A DNA stretch of 64,000 nucleotides. Source: Mobula hypostoma (lineage: Eukaryota). Position numbers and translations under genes: made by a program. Below, piece after piece: positions 1 to 13,584 of the stretch. Location: contig NC_086118.1 in assembly GCF_963921235.1 (NCBI RefSeq), forward strand, positions 26,476,001 to 26,540,000, read 5' to 3'. Position 1 is the first letter of the stretch. Each line of letters begins with the position of its first letter. The notes under the pieces were generated by a model that saw nothing but the letters and a program-made list of their open reading frames with translations, did no database searches and was not told where the DNA came from.

Positions 1-404
1 GAAAATTTTCATTGCAATTATAAAGAAAATCAGGAATTTATTCAGTGTACTGACCAAACCATTAAAGCAAATTAACTAGAGTTTTATCTCAAAAGCACCA
101 TTGTGCACAAATGCACAGCCATCTCTGCTAGTACATGTGTGAGTTAACCAATGTCAATCACCTTGGACATTCCAGGAATCTAAAAGACACTAAAGAAATT
201 AAAAGCTCTTTATATTCTGGATATTAGGAAGATCTAGTGGCTCGATCAAAAATGAAAATTTCAAATTGCATATAAACATGTCAATACTGCTTCCTCATTA
301 TCCACCGATTTCCTATCAGCAGATCTGCACCTTGTGAGGTTGGTGATGTCAAAGAAACATACCTATACACACGCACACATTAAGGGACAATAATTGTCTC
401 TATA

Positions 405-972
405 TACCCAGTGGCCACTTACCAGTTACAAGCGGTAACTAATACAGTGAGCACTGAGAGTATTCTGGATGTTCATGGTCTTCTGCAGCTGTAGACTATC
501 CACATCAAGGTTCAACATGTTATGCACTCAAGAATGCATAGCACTGTTGTAACACATGGTTATTCGAGCTGTTGTTGCCTTCCTGTCAGCTTGAACCAGT
601 CTGGCTGTTCTCCGCTGACCTCTCTCATTAACAAGGCGTTTTTGCACAGAACTGCTGCTCAATGGATGTTTTTTCCTTTGTTTTTGCACCATTCTCTGTA
701 AACTCTGGAGACGTTGTATGCGAAAATCCCAGGAGATCAGCAGTTTTTCAGATACTCAAATCACCTTGTCTGACACCAACAATCACTCCACTGTCAAAGT
801 CACTTAGATCACATTTCTTCCCCATTCTGATGTTTGGCCTGAACAACAAATGAACCTCTTGAAAATGACTGCATGTTTTTATGCATTGAGTGGCTGCCAT
901 ATGGTCGGCTGATTGGATATGTGCATTAGCGAGCAGGTGCATAGGTGTGCCTAATAAAGCAGCCACTGACTG
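405..972 (-). mobile_element. Internally deleted Tc1-like DNA transposon
   Basis: Degenerate TIRs (ccagtggccactt ... aagcagccactga). The minus strand from ATG at 825 encodes MGKKCDLSDFDSGVIVGVRQGDLSI..., a Tc1 transposase N-terminal HTH remnant with stops. Confidence 0.8.
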
Positions 973-1540
973 GAAATTGTGGTCAGTTTTCAGACTGTCA
1001 AAGGTTTCTTTGCTTGTTTGAAGCAGCCTTTCCTTAATCAGATTCGCCGTGCGATTTCAAAACCTCAATGGTTTGCATCAACACATTCAATGGAAGTAAC
1101 ATCACTAATATTCTTTCCTTTTATATATTTAAACATTTTAGTGTTTAATAATGCATTTTAATTCTCAGTGAATATTATAATGTTTATTTAGTGGTTATAT
1201 TGGGTATAAAGGTGGTATCTGCTTTATGTATATCAAAAATTTAAAGCATACAAAATTGGTAAGGTACAGCATCAGGCTGATGCACACTAAGAAATTCCCC
1301 TTTGCTAGATAAACATAGGACAATGCCAGCTACTTCAGTAATAATGAATGCAAAATTTCTCTTCTATATAAGCAAGCACAGCATCGTTTTCCCTATAAGC
1401 AGACAATAAGAACATGAGGCCATTACCAGATATAAAAAACTAAAACAAAACTATATAGATTTTGTCCTTCTCATCTAAAACAGACTAAAAATAGTCACAG
1501 TAAAAAGTAACTGCATTATAAATAGTGTCAGTAAATGTAC

Positions 1541-1633
1541 CTGGTCTGGCGTAGGGGGATGGGCAAGGAGATGCACAAAAAGGGGTCAAAGGTGTTGCTC
1601 TGTTTAAGGCAGTGAGGGCAGGTTAAAGATGAC
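1541..1633 (-). CDS. USP43: Internal coding exon of ubiquitin carboxyl-terminal hydrolase 43-like (USP31/USP43 subfamily), catalytic-domain segment
   Basis: Minus strand reads ctttttttctccttcag|G TCA TCT TTA ACC TGC...CAG ACC AG|gtacat: polypyrimidine tract plus AG acceptor, GT donor, 93 nt, phase 2-2. It encodes (R)SSLTCPHCLKQSNTFDPFLCISLPIPLRQT(R). CLKQ and LRQTR match my recollection of USP43 rather than USP31 (CQKQ, LPHTR). Confidence 0.88.
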
Positions 1634-1869
1634 CTGAAGGAGAAAAAAAGCGAACAAGTTAATAGAAAAGTTAAATGCTCACAATATACATAACAAGAAA
1701 TGTGACAGCTCATAACCATCTTACAGAATCATTATTGCACTATATTGATTTGTACATACTCAGCAACAACATCAATTAACAAAGACAGATTTTACCTTGG
1801 TAATGTGTTGAAGAACAAAAATCTATAAAGCTTCAGCATTACATCTTTGCTTTTATATTCCAGTCCTGT

Positions 1870-2465
1870 ATTCAGGAGGAGTAGAATGTAAAAACAAAGA
1901 ATTTATGCTGAGACTTTATAAGACATTGTTCAGACCACATTTAGAGATCTGTGAGCAGTTTTGGGCTCAATGTCTGAGGAAGGATATGCTGGCACTGGAG
2001 AGAATCTGGAGGAGATTTACAAGAATGAGGTTGGGAATGAAAGGGTTAATGTCTGATGAGCATTTGATGGCTCTGGGCCTGTACTTGCCTGAGTTTAAAA
2101 GAATGAGAGGGATCTCACTGTACTCAACTGAACATAGAAAAGCCGAGATGGAGTGGACAAGGAAAGGATGTTTCTAATAGAGGGAGAGTCTAGGAACAGA
2201 AGGCACAAGCTCAAAATAGATGAATATCCCTTTAGAACAGAGATGAGCAGGAACTTCTTTAGTTAGAGAGTGAATCTGTGGAATTAATTGCCACAGAGAA
2301 CTGTAGAGACCAAGATATTGGTTATATTTAGCAGGTTCTTGACTAGTAAAGGTGTCAACTGTTACATGGAGGAGAAAGGAAAATAGGGTTGAGAGAAAAA
2401 ATAAATCACCCATGTTCAAATGGCAAAGTATGGCTTAATTCTGCTCCAATTTCTTACGGTCTTAT
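1870..2465 (+). mobile_element. CR1-clade LINE 3' fragment
   Basis: MLRLYKTLFRPHLEICEQFW...ALERIWRRFTRM is the CR1 ORF2 C-terminus, followed by a typical 3' UTR ending near ttcttacggtctt. Confidence 0.85.
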
Positions 2466-2786
2466 AAGGTGGTTGTACTGTATCCAAAAATAGTTGATGC
2501 AAAACAGGGGTAAACACCATAGATGAAGGGAGCTAGTTACCTTTGGAGACACTTAAAAAAGGTTCCCTAATGATTAGCTATTGGCCCTTCCCTCAACATG
2601 ATTATTTTGGAGACTTCTCATTTAGTCAACTGCTGTCATATCTGTACCCTTGATGCCAGTAATCTGCCTAGGTTTCAGGATATCTGGACATAATTATTTT
2701 GACAATCTAACACCAGACCTGACTGAAACACGTCAAGCGATATCTGGCCCTAAGTATCTTGAATAACTGCCTACTATCCCAGATCA

Positions 2787-3280
2787 GAGGTGGTGCAGAG
2801 GACGTTTACCAGGTTGATTCCAGAGGTGAGGGGGTTAGACTATGAGCAGAGATCGAGTCACCTGGGACTGTACTTGCTGGAACTCAGAAGAATGAGAGAA
2901 GATCTGAAAGAAATATATAAAATTATGAAAGGGATAGATAAGATAGAGGCAGGAAAGTTGGTTCCACTGGTAGGTGAGACTAGAAGTAGGGGACATTGTC
3001 TCAAAATTCAGAGGAGTAGATTTAGGACAGAGATAAGGAGGAACTGCTTTTCCCAGAGAGTGGTGAATCTTTGAAATTCTCTGCTCAATGAAGCAGTAGA
3101 GGCTACCTCAATAAATATATTTAAGATAAGGTTGGATAGAGGAATTAAGGGTTATGGGGAAAAGGCAGGGTAAGTGGAGATGAGTCCATGGCTAGATCAG
3201 CCATGATCTTATTGAATAGCAGAGCAGGCTCGACAGGCCAGATGGCCTCCTCCTGTTCCTATTTCTTATGTTTTTATCTT
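2787..3280 (+). mobile_element. CR1-clade LINE 3' fragment
   Basis: VQRTFTRLIP...LGLYLLELRRMREDLKEIYKIMKGIDK...FSQRVVNL, then 3' UTR ending cctatttcttatg. Confidence 0.85.
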
Positions 3281-3282
3281 GA

Positions 3283-3835
3283 AACATAGAAAACCTACAG
3301 CACAATACAGGCCCTTCGGGCCAAAAAGCTGTGCCAAACACATCCTTACTTTAGAAATTACAGTACATAGGGTTACCCATAGCCCTCTATTTTTCTGAGT
3401 TCCATGTAGTGTCCAGGAGTCTCTTAAAAGACCCTATTGTATCCGCCTCCACCACCATCGCCGGCAACCCACTCACCACTCTCTGCGTAAAGAACTTACC
3501 CATGATATTTCCTCTGTACCTACTTCCGAGCACCTTAAAGCTGTGCCCCCTCATGTTAGCCATTTCAGCCCAGGGAAAAAGCCTCTGACTATCCACACGA
3601 TCAATGCCTCTCATCAACTTATACACCTCTATCAGGTCACCTCTCATCTTCCGTCACACCAAAGAAAAAAGGCCAAGTTTATTCAACTTATTCTCACAAG
3701 GCATGCTCCCCTATCGAGGCAACAGCCTTGTAAATCTCCTCTGCACCCTTTCTATAGCTTCCACATCCTTCCTATAGTGAGGCAACCAGAACTGAGCACA
3801 GTACTCCAAGTGGGGTCTGACCAGGGTCCTATATA
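3283..3835 (-). mobile_element. CR1-clade LINE 3' fragment, tail-to-tail with the previous copy
   Basis: Minus ORF MRGDLIEVYKLMRGIDRVDSQRLFP...FFTQRVV; 3' end aaacatagaaaacctacagc on the plus strand. Confidence 0.85.
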
Positions 3836-4009
3836 TGTTAACATCTAGCTTCTTTTGTCATGATCAAGAATTTTTAATCACCTCTTTTTTACAACTGCAT
3901 CAGTTAATTTATTTAAGATATATCCCCAGAATGGATTTGTATGGAACATAAACAATGAGAACAACATCTGCAGAGAGTAAAAGCTAATTACATTACATTC
4001 AATCACAAA

Positions 4010-4135
4010 CGAGAAAATCTGCAGATGCTGGAAATCTGAGCAGCACACACAAAATACTGGAGGAATTCAGCAGGTCAGGCAGCATCTGTGGAAGAGGGTA
4101 CAGACAACATTTCGGGCCAAGACCCTTCATCATTA
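4010..4135 (-). mobile_element. PLE terminal (pLTR) fragment with decayed hammerhead
   Basis: tctgcagatgctggaaatc...aggcagcatc...acatttcgggccaagacccttcatca matches the pLTR end seen at 30351-30482. Confidence 0.7.
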
Positions 4136-4746
4136 TGTTCAGTACTTTGTAACTAAAAACTCAAGTCAACTGTGAAGTAAATGAGTTACCAGATCATCAT
4201 AGCTTATTGCTATGCAAACAGAGAGATATATTCTTGAAAAGAAGGATGACTGAGGATAAGAAGTAAATGAGAGACAGATAAATTTTGATAGCTGCATCAA
4301 AGATCCATGGCAGATGAATGGACCATAAGGTCTCTGTAGTACCAATCTATTTCAAGCGGGGTCCTAATATGACTGGCGGATGGTGATCACCTAAATAGAA
4401 CATACTTTGCCAACATGCATTCAGATGCAGGCTATTCCCTTAGAAACGGAGTTTATAACATGCAAGTTCCCACTTAGCAATCATAGTTTAGTTCTATTTT
4501 TAATTAGGTCTTGTACGAATCTTTAAGATGTAAATCTCCTACGTCTATTATGTGTGTTTGTCTGGAAAATCAAGAAGTGCTTCTCCAACATCCATATTTT
4601 GACTTGCTGTCTAACATATTGATTCCCCTCTTTGAAATGCCTTTGGATATATTAAAGACTGTATATTGATGAATGCAATTATTGGTCAATTTGCTAAAGT
4701 GGTTCCATCTGCCACAAACAAACCCATTAAGCAGTAGGTTGATGTA

Positions 4747-5346
4747 CAAGGGGTGATTGATATGTTCGTGGCCTAGGGTAGAAGGAGTCAATTTTAGAAA
4801 ACCTAGCACACTTATTTTTCAACATAGTCCCCTCCTACATTTACACACTTAGTCCAGCGGTCGTGGAGTATACAGATCTTGGACCTCCAGAAAGTGTCCA
4901 CAGCAGGGGTGATTGATAAGTTTGTGGCCTAAGGTAGAAGGAGATGAGTTATACAGCTCTCGTTACATGCACATGCAGTTTAACTCTTTGAGTGATTATG
5001 GAGAAAGTTTGAAGTTAATAACTCATCTCCTTCTACCTTAGGCCACAAACTTATCAATCACCTGGAATGAGTTATTCACTTCACACTTTCTGCATAATCA
5101 CTCCAAGAGTTGAAATACATGTGAATGTAATAAGAGCTGTATAACTCATCTCCTTCTACCTTAGGCTACGAACTTATCAATCACCCCTGCTGTCAGCACT
5201 TTCTGGAGGTCCAAGATCTGTACGCTCCACGACCACTGGACTAGGTGTTTAAATGTAGAAGGGGACTAGTTTGAAAAATAAATGTGCTAGGTTTTCTAAA
5301 ATGGACTCCTTCTACCTTAGGCCACAAACCTATCAATTACCCCTCG
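4747..5346. mobile_element. Mariner-type foldback MITE
   Basis: TA at 4745-4746 and 5347-5348; TIR C(A/G)AGGGGTGATTGATAAGTTTGTGGCCTAAGGTAGAAGGAG; arms of about 280 bp are near-inverted copies; extra internal TIR copies. Confidence 0.88.
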
Positions 5347-7374
5347 TAAGTCTCATCAGACCCCCTCTATACATTTAAGCCTGAAGCTTATTCAGGGTAT
5401 AAACAGCAGATCAACAAATCTATATACTAGCTCCATTTTCTTCACAATGATCACTTTTAGCATACAAACAGTAAATGTGTGATTCAATTTAATGCATTAT
5501 TTTGAATCCCCTAAACCCAAAGCTTTAAAGAACTTAAAGGAGCACTTAATTCCTGGGAAATTTCAATACATGTAATGCAATGACCATCTCCAAAAGCATT
5601 GCAGAGTGGAAGATCTTGATACAGTGCTGAAAAATTCAAACCTTATTACAAATCTGTCAGCTTCCTTATAGTGTTGAGGCCGACAGTTAGATTACAATGG
5701 TACATTAAGGCATGTCACAACTAATGACACATGCCTCTTTATAGCCAATTCTCAAGTGGGTAGTTCAGAAAATCTGGTTGAGTCACGTTTTGCACAAAGT
5801 GGTTCATATAATCTTTACTGTCATAACATCGTTTCACTGAGGAGTTCTGAAAAGAAGCAGCATAGAACGAGAAATAATTATACTACATTTCTCCAAAATA
5901 GAATATCAAATTTGGTATACAATTAAAAAAAGCAGTCACACAGCATTCAATGACTGGTGTACATAGTGACTTGCCTGTGCTGAAAATGAAAGCAGCAGAT
6001 TTGCTACTATTGTTTTTTTTTGTGTCAGAGCTGTACAAACTGTTTCCAAAAACCAAAAGCTACACAGTTTGGCATACACAAAATTAAGTTTCTTGTGCTG
6101 GCTTTGCACGTCTAATGCAAAGATCTAGATCTTGTCAAAGAGAAAAAAATAATGTGGTGGATGTGAGAAACAGACATCGCAGGTGAAGGAAGTCAATATC
6201 AATGGAACATGAAACAACTGTTTTTTCTGCAACACAAGTTAAGCCATGTTGATATGCTGAATGGTTCAATCTGCTTATGTCAAAATGTCCCTTCCTCAGT
6301 CACTGCACTGTAAACACCCTAAACCACTTTTTCTAATGCAGCTTCCATTATAAATGTATGCCGGTATTTATGTACATTTTACTCCATATCCATACTTCTA
6401 TCATAATTTTATATATCTTACTTCTTTATAATAGTAGAATAATGTTGTTTTCATTGCAAATCGTGCCAACACACCACAGCAAATTCCAAATACATGTTAA
6501 TGCATATGGTAAATAAAGTTGATCCAAATTGATCTTCAGCAGACCCAGGTGCCAATATCTCATGGCAAGTTTGTATGCATCTTTGCTTTGGGAGCTACAA
6601 GTCAATTGTAAGAAATAGCTCTGCAAAAAGGTAAATTTGAAATCTGAATTGTTGACTCCAAATTTGTCAAGTAAACTATAAAATTGCAATATTTATTCAA
6701 GTTTAATGCCTTCGTTATATGGCAGCAAATGTTCCAATCATTATAACTGATGCTGTACTGGTTCACAAATCAGATCATTTCAATTTTTGGCCACTAATTT
6801 TGCATTTAGGTTTTTACCCTCAGCCGAGTGGTATTAGAAATACTGCACTCAACATAATGTTGGAGACAGATTCATGGCCACAAGTTTAAGTACTCAGAAC
6901 AGCAACTCTGACTAAATACTTCATTACTGATAACTTGGATAGTGAGCTTTATTTTACACTAATTAACACCATGAGACAGCCAAATTAAATAAATTTCCAG
7001 TTTCAAATTGCCGTAAAAAATAGCAATGAAGTTCACTGCCAAACAAGAGTGCATAGACCCAATCTTACCTGTCTCATATTAAGGTGCCTTTAATAACATG
7101 AAAATAACAGTTGTTGTAGAAATCGTCTTAAGTTAACTGCACCCTAATTCTAAAATCATAATTAAGTATTTTAGGATCTGTATTTCTGAAAGCCAGTTCC
7201 CAGCATTTCTGCTGTCAAATGTAGTTTCATTAAAATGCTGGAGGGCAAGCAGTTTCAAAATCCAACAAATGGAATTGGATTTAACGGCCTAATGCCGGAA
7301 ACCAGCCTGAAAACTAACACAATGCAACTAAAAGAAAAACAATAAGGAGAGAAAAGATAAACCAAGGTAAAAAT

Positions 7375-7475
7375 ATGAGAAAATTTGCAGATGCTGGAAC
7401 TCAGTGGGTCAGGCAGCATCTATGGAAGAGAGTGAACAGTCGACACTTCGAACCAAGACCGTTCATCAGGACTGT
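7375..7475 (-). mobile_element. PLE pLTR fragment with decayed hammerhead
   Basis: cagtcgacacttcgaaccaagaccgttcatcaggactg; the minus strand reads AGTC CTGATGA...GAAG TGTC GACT. Confidence 0.7.
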
Positions 7476-7489
7476 AAAGTATGAAGGTA

Positions 7490-8520
7490 AGGGTAGTCAA
7501 TAATATAAAAGTGAATACTAAAAGATTTTTCAGATATATAAAAAGTAAAAGAGAGGAAATATCAGACTGTTGGAAAATGACAAGGGAGAGGTAGTAATGA
7601 GCGACAAAGAAATTGTGGACAAACTTAATAAGTATTTTGCATCAGACTCCAGTGTGGAAGACACCAGCAGTATGCCTAGAAATTAGATATTGGCAAGGGG
7701 CAAAAGTGAGTGCAGTTGCTATTACTAAGGAGAAGGTTCTTGGGAAGCTGAAAGGTCTGAATCTAGATAAGTCACCTGGACTGGAAGAAGTACATCCTAA
7801 TGTTCTAAAAGAGATTGCAGAGGCATTAGTAGTGTTCTTTCAAGCACCACTCGATTCTGGAATTCTTCTAGAGGAATGGAAAATTGCAAATGTCAATCCA
7901 CTCTTTAAGAAGGGAGGAAGGCAAATGAAAGGAAATTATTGGCCAATTAATCTGACTGCAGTGGTTGAGACAATGGGACAATGTTAGGGTCCATTATTAA
8001 GGATGCGGTTTCAGGATACTTGAGACACATTATAAAATAGTCTGAAGTCAGCATGGTTTCCTTAAAGTGAAATCTTGTCTGAAAATCAGTTGGAATTATT
8101 TGAAAAAATAACAGGCAGGATAGAGAAAGGAGAGTCAGTGGGTGCTATTTAATTTGGTTTTCAGAAGGCCTTTCACAAGGTGCCGTACATGAGGTTGCTT
8201 AGCAGCCCATGGTATGACAGGAAAGATACTAGCATGGATAGAAGACTGGCTGACTGGCAAGGAGGCAAGGATTGGGAATAAAGGGGCCTTTTCTGGTTGG
8301 TTGCTGGTAATCAGGGGTCGGTGTTGTGACTGCTTCTTTTCATGTTATATGTCAATGATTTGGATGATGGAATTGATGACTTTGTTGCCAAGTTTGTGGA
8401 CAAAACAAAGGTAGCTGGAGGGGCAGGTAGTGTTGAGGAAGTAGGAAGTCTGCAGAAAGACCCAGACAGATTAGGAGAATGGACAAAAGCAGTGGCAGAT
8501 GAAATATGGTGCAAAATGCA
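7490..8520 (+). mobile_element. CR1-clade LINE RT fragment
   Basis: KSPGLEEVHPNVLKEIAEAL...WKIANVNPLFKKGG...NYWPINLT and LYVNDLDDGIDDFVAKFVDKTKVAG (decayed FADD motif); frameshifted. Confidence 0.85.
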
Positions 8521-9285
8521 CAAGCATCTGGAGGAAATGAATTTTAAAAATCAACATTTTGGGCCGAGACACTTCAGCAGGACTAGAAAGGTAAGGGAAA
8601 TAAGCCAGAATGAGAAAGTGGGGGACAGGGAAGGGGAGGAGGACAAGACAAGGGTTCCCAACCATTTTTATGCCATGGACTAATACCACGAGGCAAGGGA
8701 TCTGTGGATCCCAGGCTGGGAACCCCTGAGCTAGAAAGTGATAGGTGAAGCAAGGTGGGTGGGGGAGGGGGGTGATGCAAGGAGCTGGAGGTGACAATTG
8801 GAAAAGGGAAAAGGCTGGAGAAGGAGGAATCTGGTAGGAGCGGAGAGTGGATCATGGGAGAAAGGGAAGGAGGAAGGGCACGTGGGAGGGTGGGGTGAGG
8901 AGAAGTAAGAGGCCAGGGTGGAGAAATGAAGAAGAGGGAAGTGTTGGGGGCAGGGGGGAGAATAACAAGAGTTTGGAGAAATTGATGTTCATGCTATCAG
9001 GTTGGAGGCTACCTGGATGAAATATGAGCTTTAACTCCTCCAACACTGGCAGAAGAGAAGGCCACGGACTGACATGCCGGAACGTGAATGGGGATAGGGA
9101 TTGAAATGGTTCCAGTTTTGGTGGATAGAGCTGAGGTGCTTGACAAAGCGGTCCGCCAATCTTCGTTGGGTCTGAGCAACATAGAGGAGCAACGGATACA
9201 GCAGACGGCCCCAACAGATTTGCATGTGAAGTACTGCTTCACCTAGAAGGACTGTTTAGGCCCTGAGGGAGGAGGTGAATGGGCA
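8521..9285 (-). mobile_element. Neptune-type PLE 3' fragment (GIY-YIG remnant plus pLTR)
   Basis: Minus frames give KQYFTCKSVGAVCCIRCS, QRRLADRFVKHL and LIFHPGSLQPDSMNINFS, homologous to the GIY-YIG ORF at 30939-31358; decayed hammerhead near 8551-8584. Confidence 0.8.
8649..8728. mobile_element. 80-bp hAT/Charlie-type MITE nested in the PLE
   Basis: TIRs CAAGGGTTCCCAACC ... GGCTGGGAACCCCTG interrupt the PLE motif gaggac..agctagaa. The TSD is not cleanly preserved. Confidence 0.7.
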
Positions 9286-10264
9286 TATGCAGAATCAGGT
9301 GTTTCTCTATACTACAAAACAAGTTGTGAGGATTGGCCAAATGCCCGCAAAATGAAATTTTTTTGATCTGTAAAATATTGAGACAACTGTAACCTTTCCT
9401 TATCAATGTTAGTTTTACTTTGTCTTGTTAAGTTTCTCCAGTTACACCTGCATGCACCTGTAACAAAAATGTCCTACGTGTGCAGTTTTATCAATGTTGT
9501 AAATCTGGTTGACACTGCATTCTTCCTCTACACCCAAGCTGCTTAAGCAACAATACACAGGGTGTTAAGGATCTCAGCAGGTCAGGCAGTATCTACAGAG
9601 GGAAACAGATAGTCAATGTTTCAGGTCTAGGTCCTTCATTTGAACTGCCGAAGGGGGAACAAATGCTTAAAAAAATACTATTATCAATTTATCTCATTCC
9701 TCTGTAAAGAGTAATTTTTTCAATAATAATTCTCGACACCAGCAGCCCAGGCACATACTTAAGTGAGTTATGGAATTCCCAAGCAGAACTTACAACACAG
9801 TAAAAGGACTTACGGCCTAACTGTTCTACATTGTTTACTATCTGACTTACATGGTGCAATCCAGGTTTCGTGGGTCTATTGCTCTCTCAGATCATCTTAT
9901 TCCTTTATCAGTTAACCAGTTAAAATGGTATCAGTTAAGAGTAGGTTCTGTTATTGGTGGAGGAACAAGTCACAGGCTATAGAATTCAAACTTCAAAATG
10001 GAATTTACTGCCTTTCGGTCCTGTGTGAAAAGTTTATTCTATCTGTTTATCCTGAACAAGAATCCTTGAGTGAAGTTTTACTTAGTTCTCCTTCATCCCC
10101 TCCAGAATAACTACAGTCTTCCAGTTCTAGCCTCTAGATCAAATCCAAATTTATTTCTTCTACGATTGACAACAGTGGCTGCAGTAGTTAAGGAACTAAT
10201 TTCTTCAATTCCCTATGCAAATCTGTCACTTTTTGAATTTTCTTCAAAATCTCTGTCCTTGGGC

Positions 10265-11148
10265 AAGCCAGAAGTCCATGAGCCAGATCTCACTGGGGGA
10301 TCAGAGGTGGACAGAGTCAGCGACTTTAAATTCCTCAGTGTTATCAATTCAGATGATCTGTCCTGGTCCAGCATACAAGTGCCATTGCAAAGAAAACATG
10401 GCAACTCCTCTGATTTCTCAGAAGTTTGCAAAGATTCAGCATGTCATCTAAAACTTTGACAAACTTCTATAGATATGTGTCGGGAGTATATTGACCGGTT
10501 ACATCATGGCTCGGTATGGAAACACCAACTCCCTTGAAGGGAAAAGCCTATAAGAAGAAGTGGATACACCCAGTCCATCACAGGTAAAATCCTCCCTACC
10601 ACTGAGCACATTCACATGGAGTGCCATCACAGGGAAGGAGCATGCACCATCATGGACCCTCACTATCCAGGCTGTCTCACTGCTACCATCAGGTTAGAAG
10701 GTACAGGAGCATCAGGACCCACACCACCAGGTTCAGGAACAGTTATTACCCTTCAACCAGAGGGGACAACTTCACTCACCCCATCACAGAATTGTACCCA
10801 CATCCTATGGACTCATTTTCATGGACTCTTCAACTCATGTTCTTGATATTTATTGCATATTATTATTATTTTCATTTATTTTTTCTCAGTTCAAGCTGGT
10901 AAAATCTGAGGAACAAACAGAGCTAACGAGGCTATTATTATTATTTCTATTTTTTTTATTTTTGTGTTTGACGTTTGTTGTCTTACGCATGTTGATAATT
11001 TGTCCTGTTGGGTGGTCTTTCATTGATTCTATTGTGTTTCTTGTATCTAATATGAATGTCTGCAATAAAATGAATCTCAGGGTTGTATATGGTGACATAC
11101 AGTTTGTATTTGTATTTGATAATAAATTTACTTTGAACTTTGAACTTT
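10265..11148 (+). mobile_element. Rex1/Babar-type LINE 3' fragment
   Basis: GSEVDRVSDFKFLSVINSDDLSWS and RRYRSIRTHTTRFRNSYYP, AT-rich 3' UTR, aataaa then (tttgaac)n tail. Confidence 0.75.
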
Positions 11149-12290
11149 TTGGTCACCTGCATTTTCTTCCAAGCTGGCTCAATGCCAATAGTTTTAATTT
11201 CAAGTGACTTCAGATGCTCTGCTACATAAAAGGTGATGTATAAGTTCAAAGGTAATTGTTATTTCCTAAAATGGCTTAAGTTAACAGAACAATTGTGCTT
11301 TCTGTGCAGCTTCACCTGAACATGTTTACGACAATAGACACAGAGTTGGAATTTTTTGCCAGTAGTTTGCAGTTCTGCCCAATCGGAAGAGTTCAGCCCA
11401 GACATTCTGAGGTCTGTGTAGGCTATTTTCCACCTTCCTCAAGTATTCAATAGCTACCTTGCTGCTTTCTTAACAGGCAAGATACACTACAAAGCAGCAC
11501 TGCAGCTACTGGATGAATGTTCCAACACATTAGTTTATTGAAATTCAACATCGCAGATCAATAGCTGAGTAACAGGCACTTCATAGAATAACAAACATTG
11601 TGTCAACTCCCAACATAACTCAAGTACATCAATGGTAGCCTTTATTTCGCTGAGATTGATTGATAGCACACTGCTTGACAGGCATTGCGGAGAACAAACA
11701 GATTTTCTAAGTCATTAAAATAGATTGTTTAATCTTAATGCAATTTAATTAATCAACTGGAGTGATCATTCATTCATCAAATTTCATTCACTGAAACTTA
11801 CAGCATGTTGCTGGTAGACTGTCAACTAATTTCAATCCCCCCGAGATGTTACAATTAACTACTAAATCTCTTGCATTACTAGTGGCCAGAAGCCAGTATC
11901 CACACATTCTCAGGGTGATTAATTATTGTGTGAAGCTCAGCCTACCTCTTCAGTTATGTCCCATTCATTAAAATATCCTTCACTAAAACTGATTATAAAA
12001 GGTGTAAATTACTCCTGAAGCATTTAATTACTCAACTGCAAATAAAGCAAAGACAATCATTTCAAAACTGAAACAGTAGAATTTACATTCTACTGAGGAG
12101 TCACATCAGGGTTTGATTGTACCGGTGACAAACCAATGGACAGCTTGATTGGGAGATGAATGAGTAACTCCACCGTCAATCAAGCTCGCTGACTGAGAAT
12201 TATTTTGTGCACACAGTTTATATGCAACTGTCCTTTGTGCTGCATTTTTCCCTGAGAAATGCCATGCTTTTAATGGAACACACAAAAACA

Positions 12291-12425
12291 GGACCAATGA
12301 AGGGTCTTGGTCCGAAATGTCAACTGCTTACTCTTTTCCATAGATGCTGCCTGGCCTGCTGAGTTCCTCCAGCATGTTGTTTGTGTTGCTTGATTTTCCC
12401 ACACCTGCAGATTTTCTCTTGTTTA
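12291..12425 (+). mobile_element. PLE pLTR fragment with decayed hammerhead
   Basis: atgaagggtcttggtccgaaatgtcaact...gatgctgcctggcctgctgagttcctccagc...ctgcagattttctcttgt. Confidence 0.7.
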
Positions 12426-12489
12426 TGCTTCTACTGGACAAAGTTCTGGTAGTTTGATTTTTCAACAGACTTGTTTTCTTGCTCTCATT

Positions 12490-12775
12490 GTTATTATCGG
12501 GAAAGAGGTACAGAAGCCTGAAGGCACACACTCAACGATTCAGGAACAACTTATTTCCCTCTGCCATCCAATTTCTAAATGGACACTGAATCCATGAACA
12601 ATACCTCACTATTTCTTTATTTTTATTTTTGCACTACTTATTTAATTTACTATTAAATAGTAATATACTTACTGTAATTCACATTTGTCTATTGTTATGT
12701 ATTGCATTGTACTGCTGCTGCAAAGGCATCAAATTTCAAGATATATGCTGGTGATATTAAGCCTGATTCTGATAT
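12490..12775 (+). mobile_element. Rex1/Babar-type LINE 3' end
   Basis: gaagaggtacagaagcctgaaggcacacactcaacgattcaggaacaac (KRYRSLKAHTQRFRNN); tail attaagcctgattctga. Confidence 0.7.
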
Positions 12776-13584
12776 CAACTGAGAAAATTACTTTGCTCAC
12801 TGCAGGAGTTTGAGGTGAGTGAATGTTGGTGACAATGCTACGTTTATTGTTCTGAACTGAGAAAACAATTTAGAGTCAACCACAACGGAGGGCCTCGAGG
12901 AAGATGAAGAAGACCTTCCTTCCTCAAGGTCATCAAAAAACCTGAAGGGATTTTATACTGAGCAAACAGTTCTGTGGTTACCATTATTGACACTGTCCAG
13001 ATGTTTTAATGTAGATACATTTATTTGTATAACTGCACAGTTGCAATGATGGGATTCAAACCCTTCTATCTGGACCAATGGCCAAGAACAGCAGCTACAA
13101 TATTGTCTCTAGGCAAGACATAATGGGCACAGATTGCCCTGCTTATAGGACAAGGCAGCACAAGAACTTTATTTGTAGAGGGCCAAATGGAAGAGGAAAG
13201 CCGCCTTCATGAAATGGATTTCACCATCAAAATCGGTTTGTCTGACATTTTTGCAGAAATTAATAAGTACCCTGTGACCTTCACCTCCTTCTACACTGAA
13301 TAATCGTGCTATAGTCATCAGTGCAATGCCTAACTCTTGAACCTATGGATGAGACCCAGGGAACTTGTGAAAATCCCAAAAAGAAACATACTGATCCTCC
13401 TGGTGGACATAGTACCAGGATACACAGCGACACCAGCTTTGCCAAGGTGTAATTGGCAAGGAAGAAATAGTGAGCTCCTTCTCTGGGCAAAATGATTAGA
13501 ACAGTCTAATCACACCCAGCAGCCTATTTTGTCAGAGAGGTAAGCACAAAACCATATGGTAAATACTCCAGGTCCTGGCAGGAT

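Noticed and set aside
1634..1719. N-terminal part of ORF 1528-1719 as coding sequence
   Set aside because: It is the intron's polypyrimidine and branch region upstream of the AG acceptor at 1634-1635.
5970..5995. Possible upstream USP43 exon end (HFQHR with GC donor) or micro-exon
   Set aside because: Does not match the conserved FQAQY motif, and upstream codons show no similarity.
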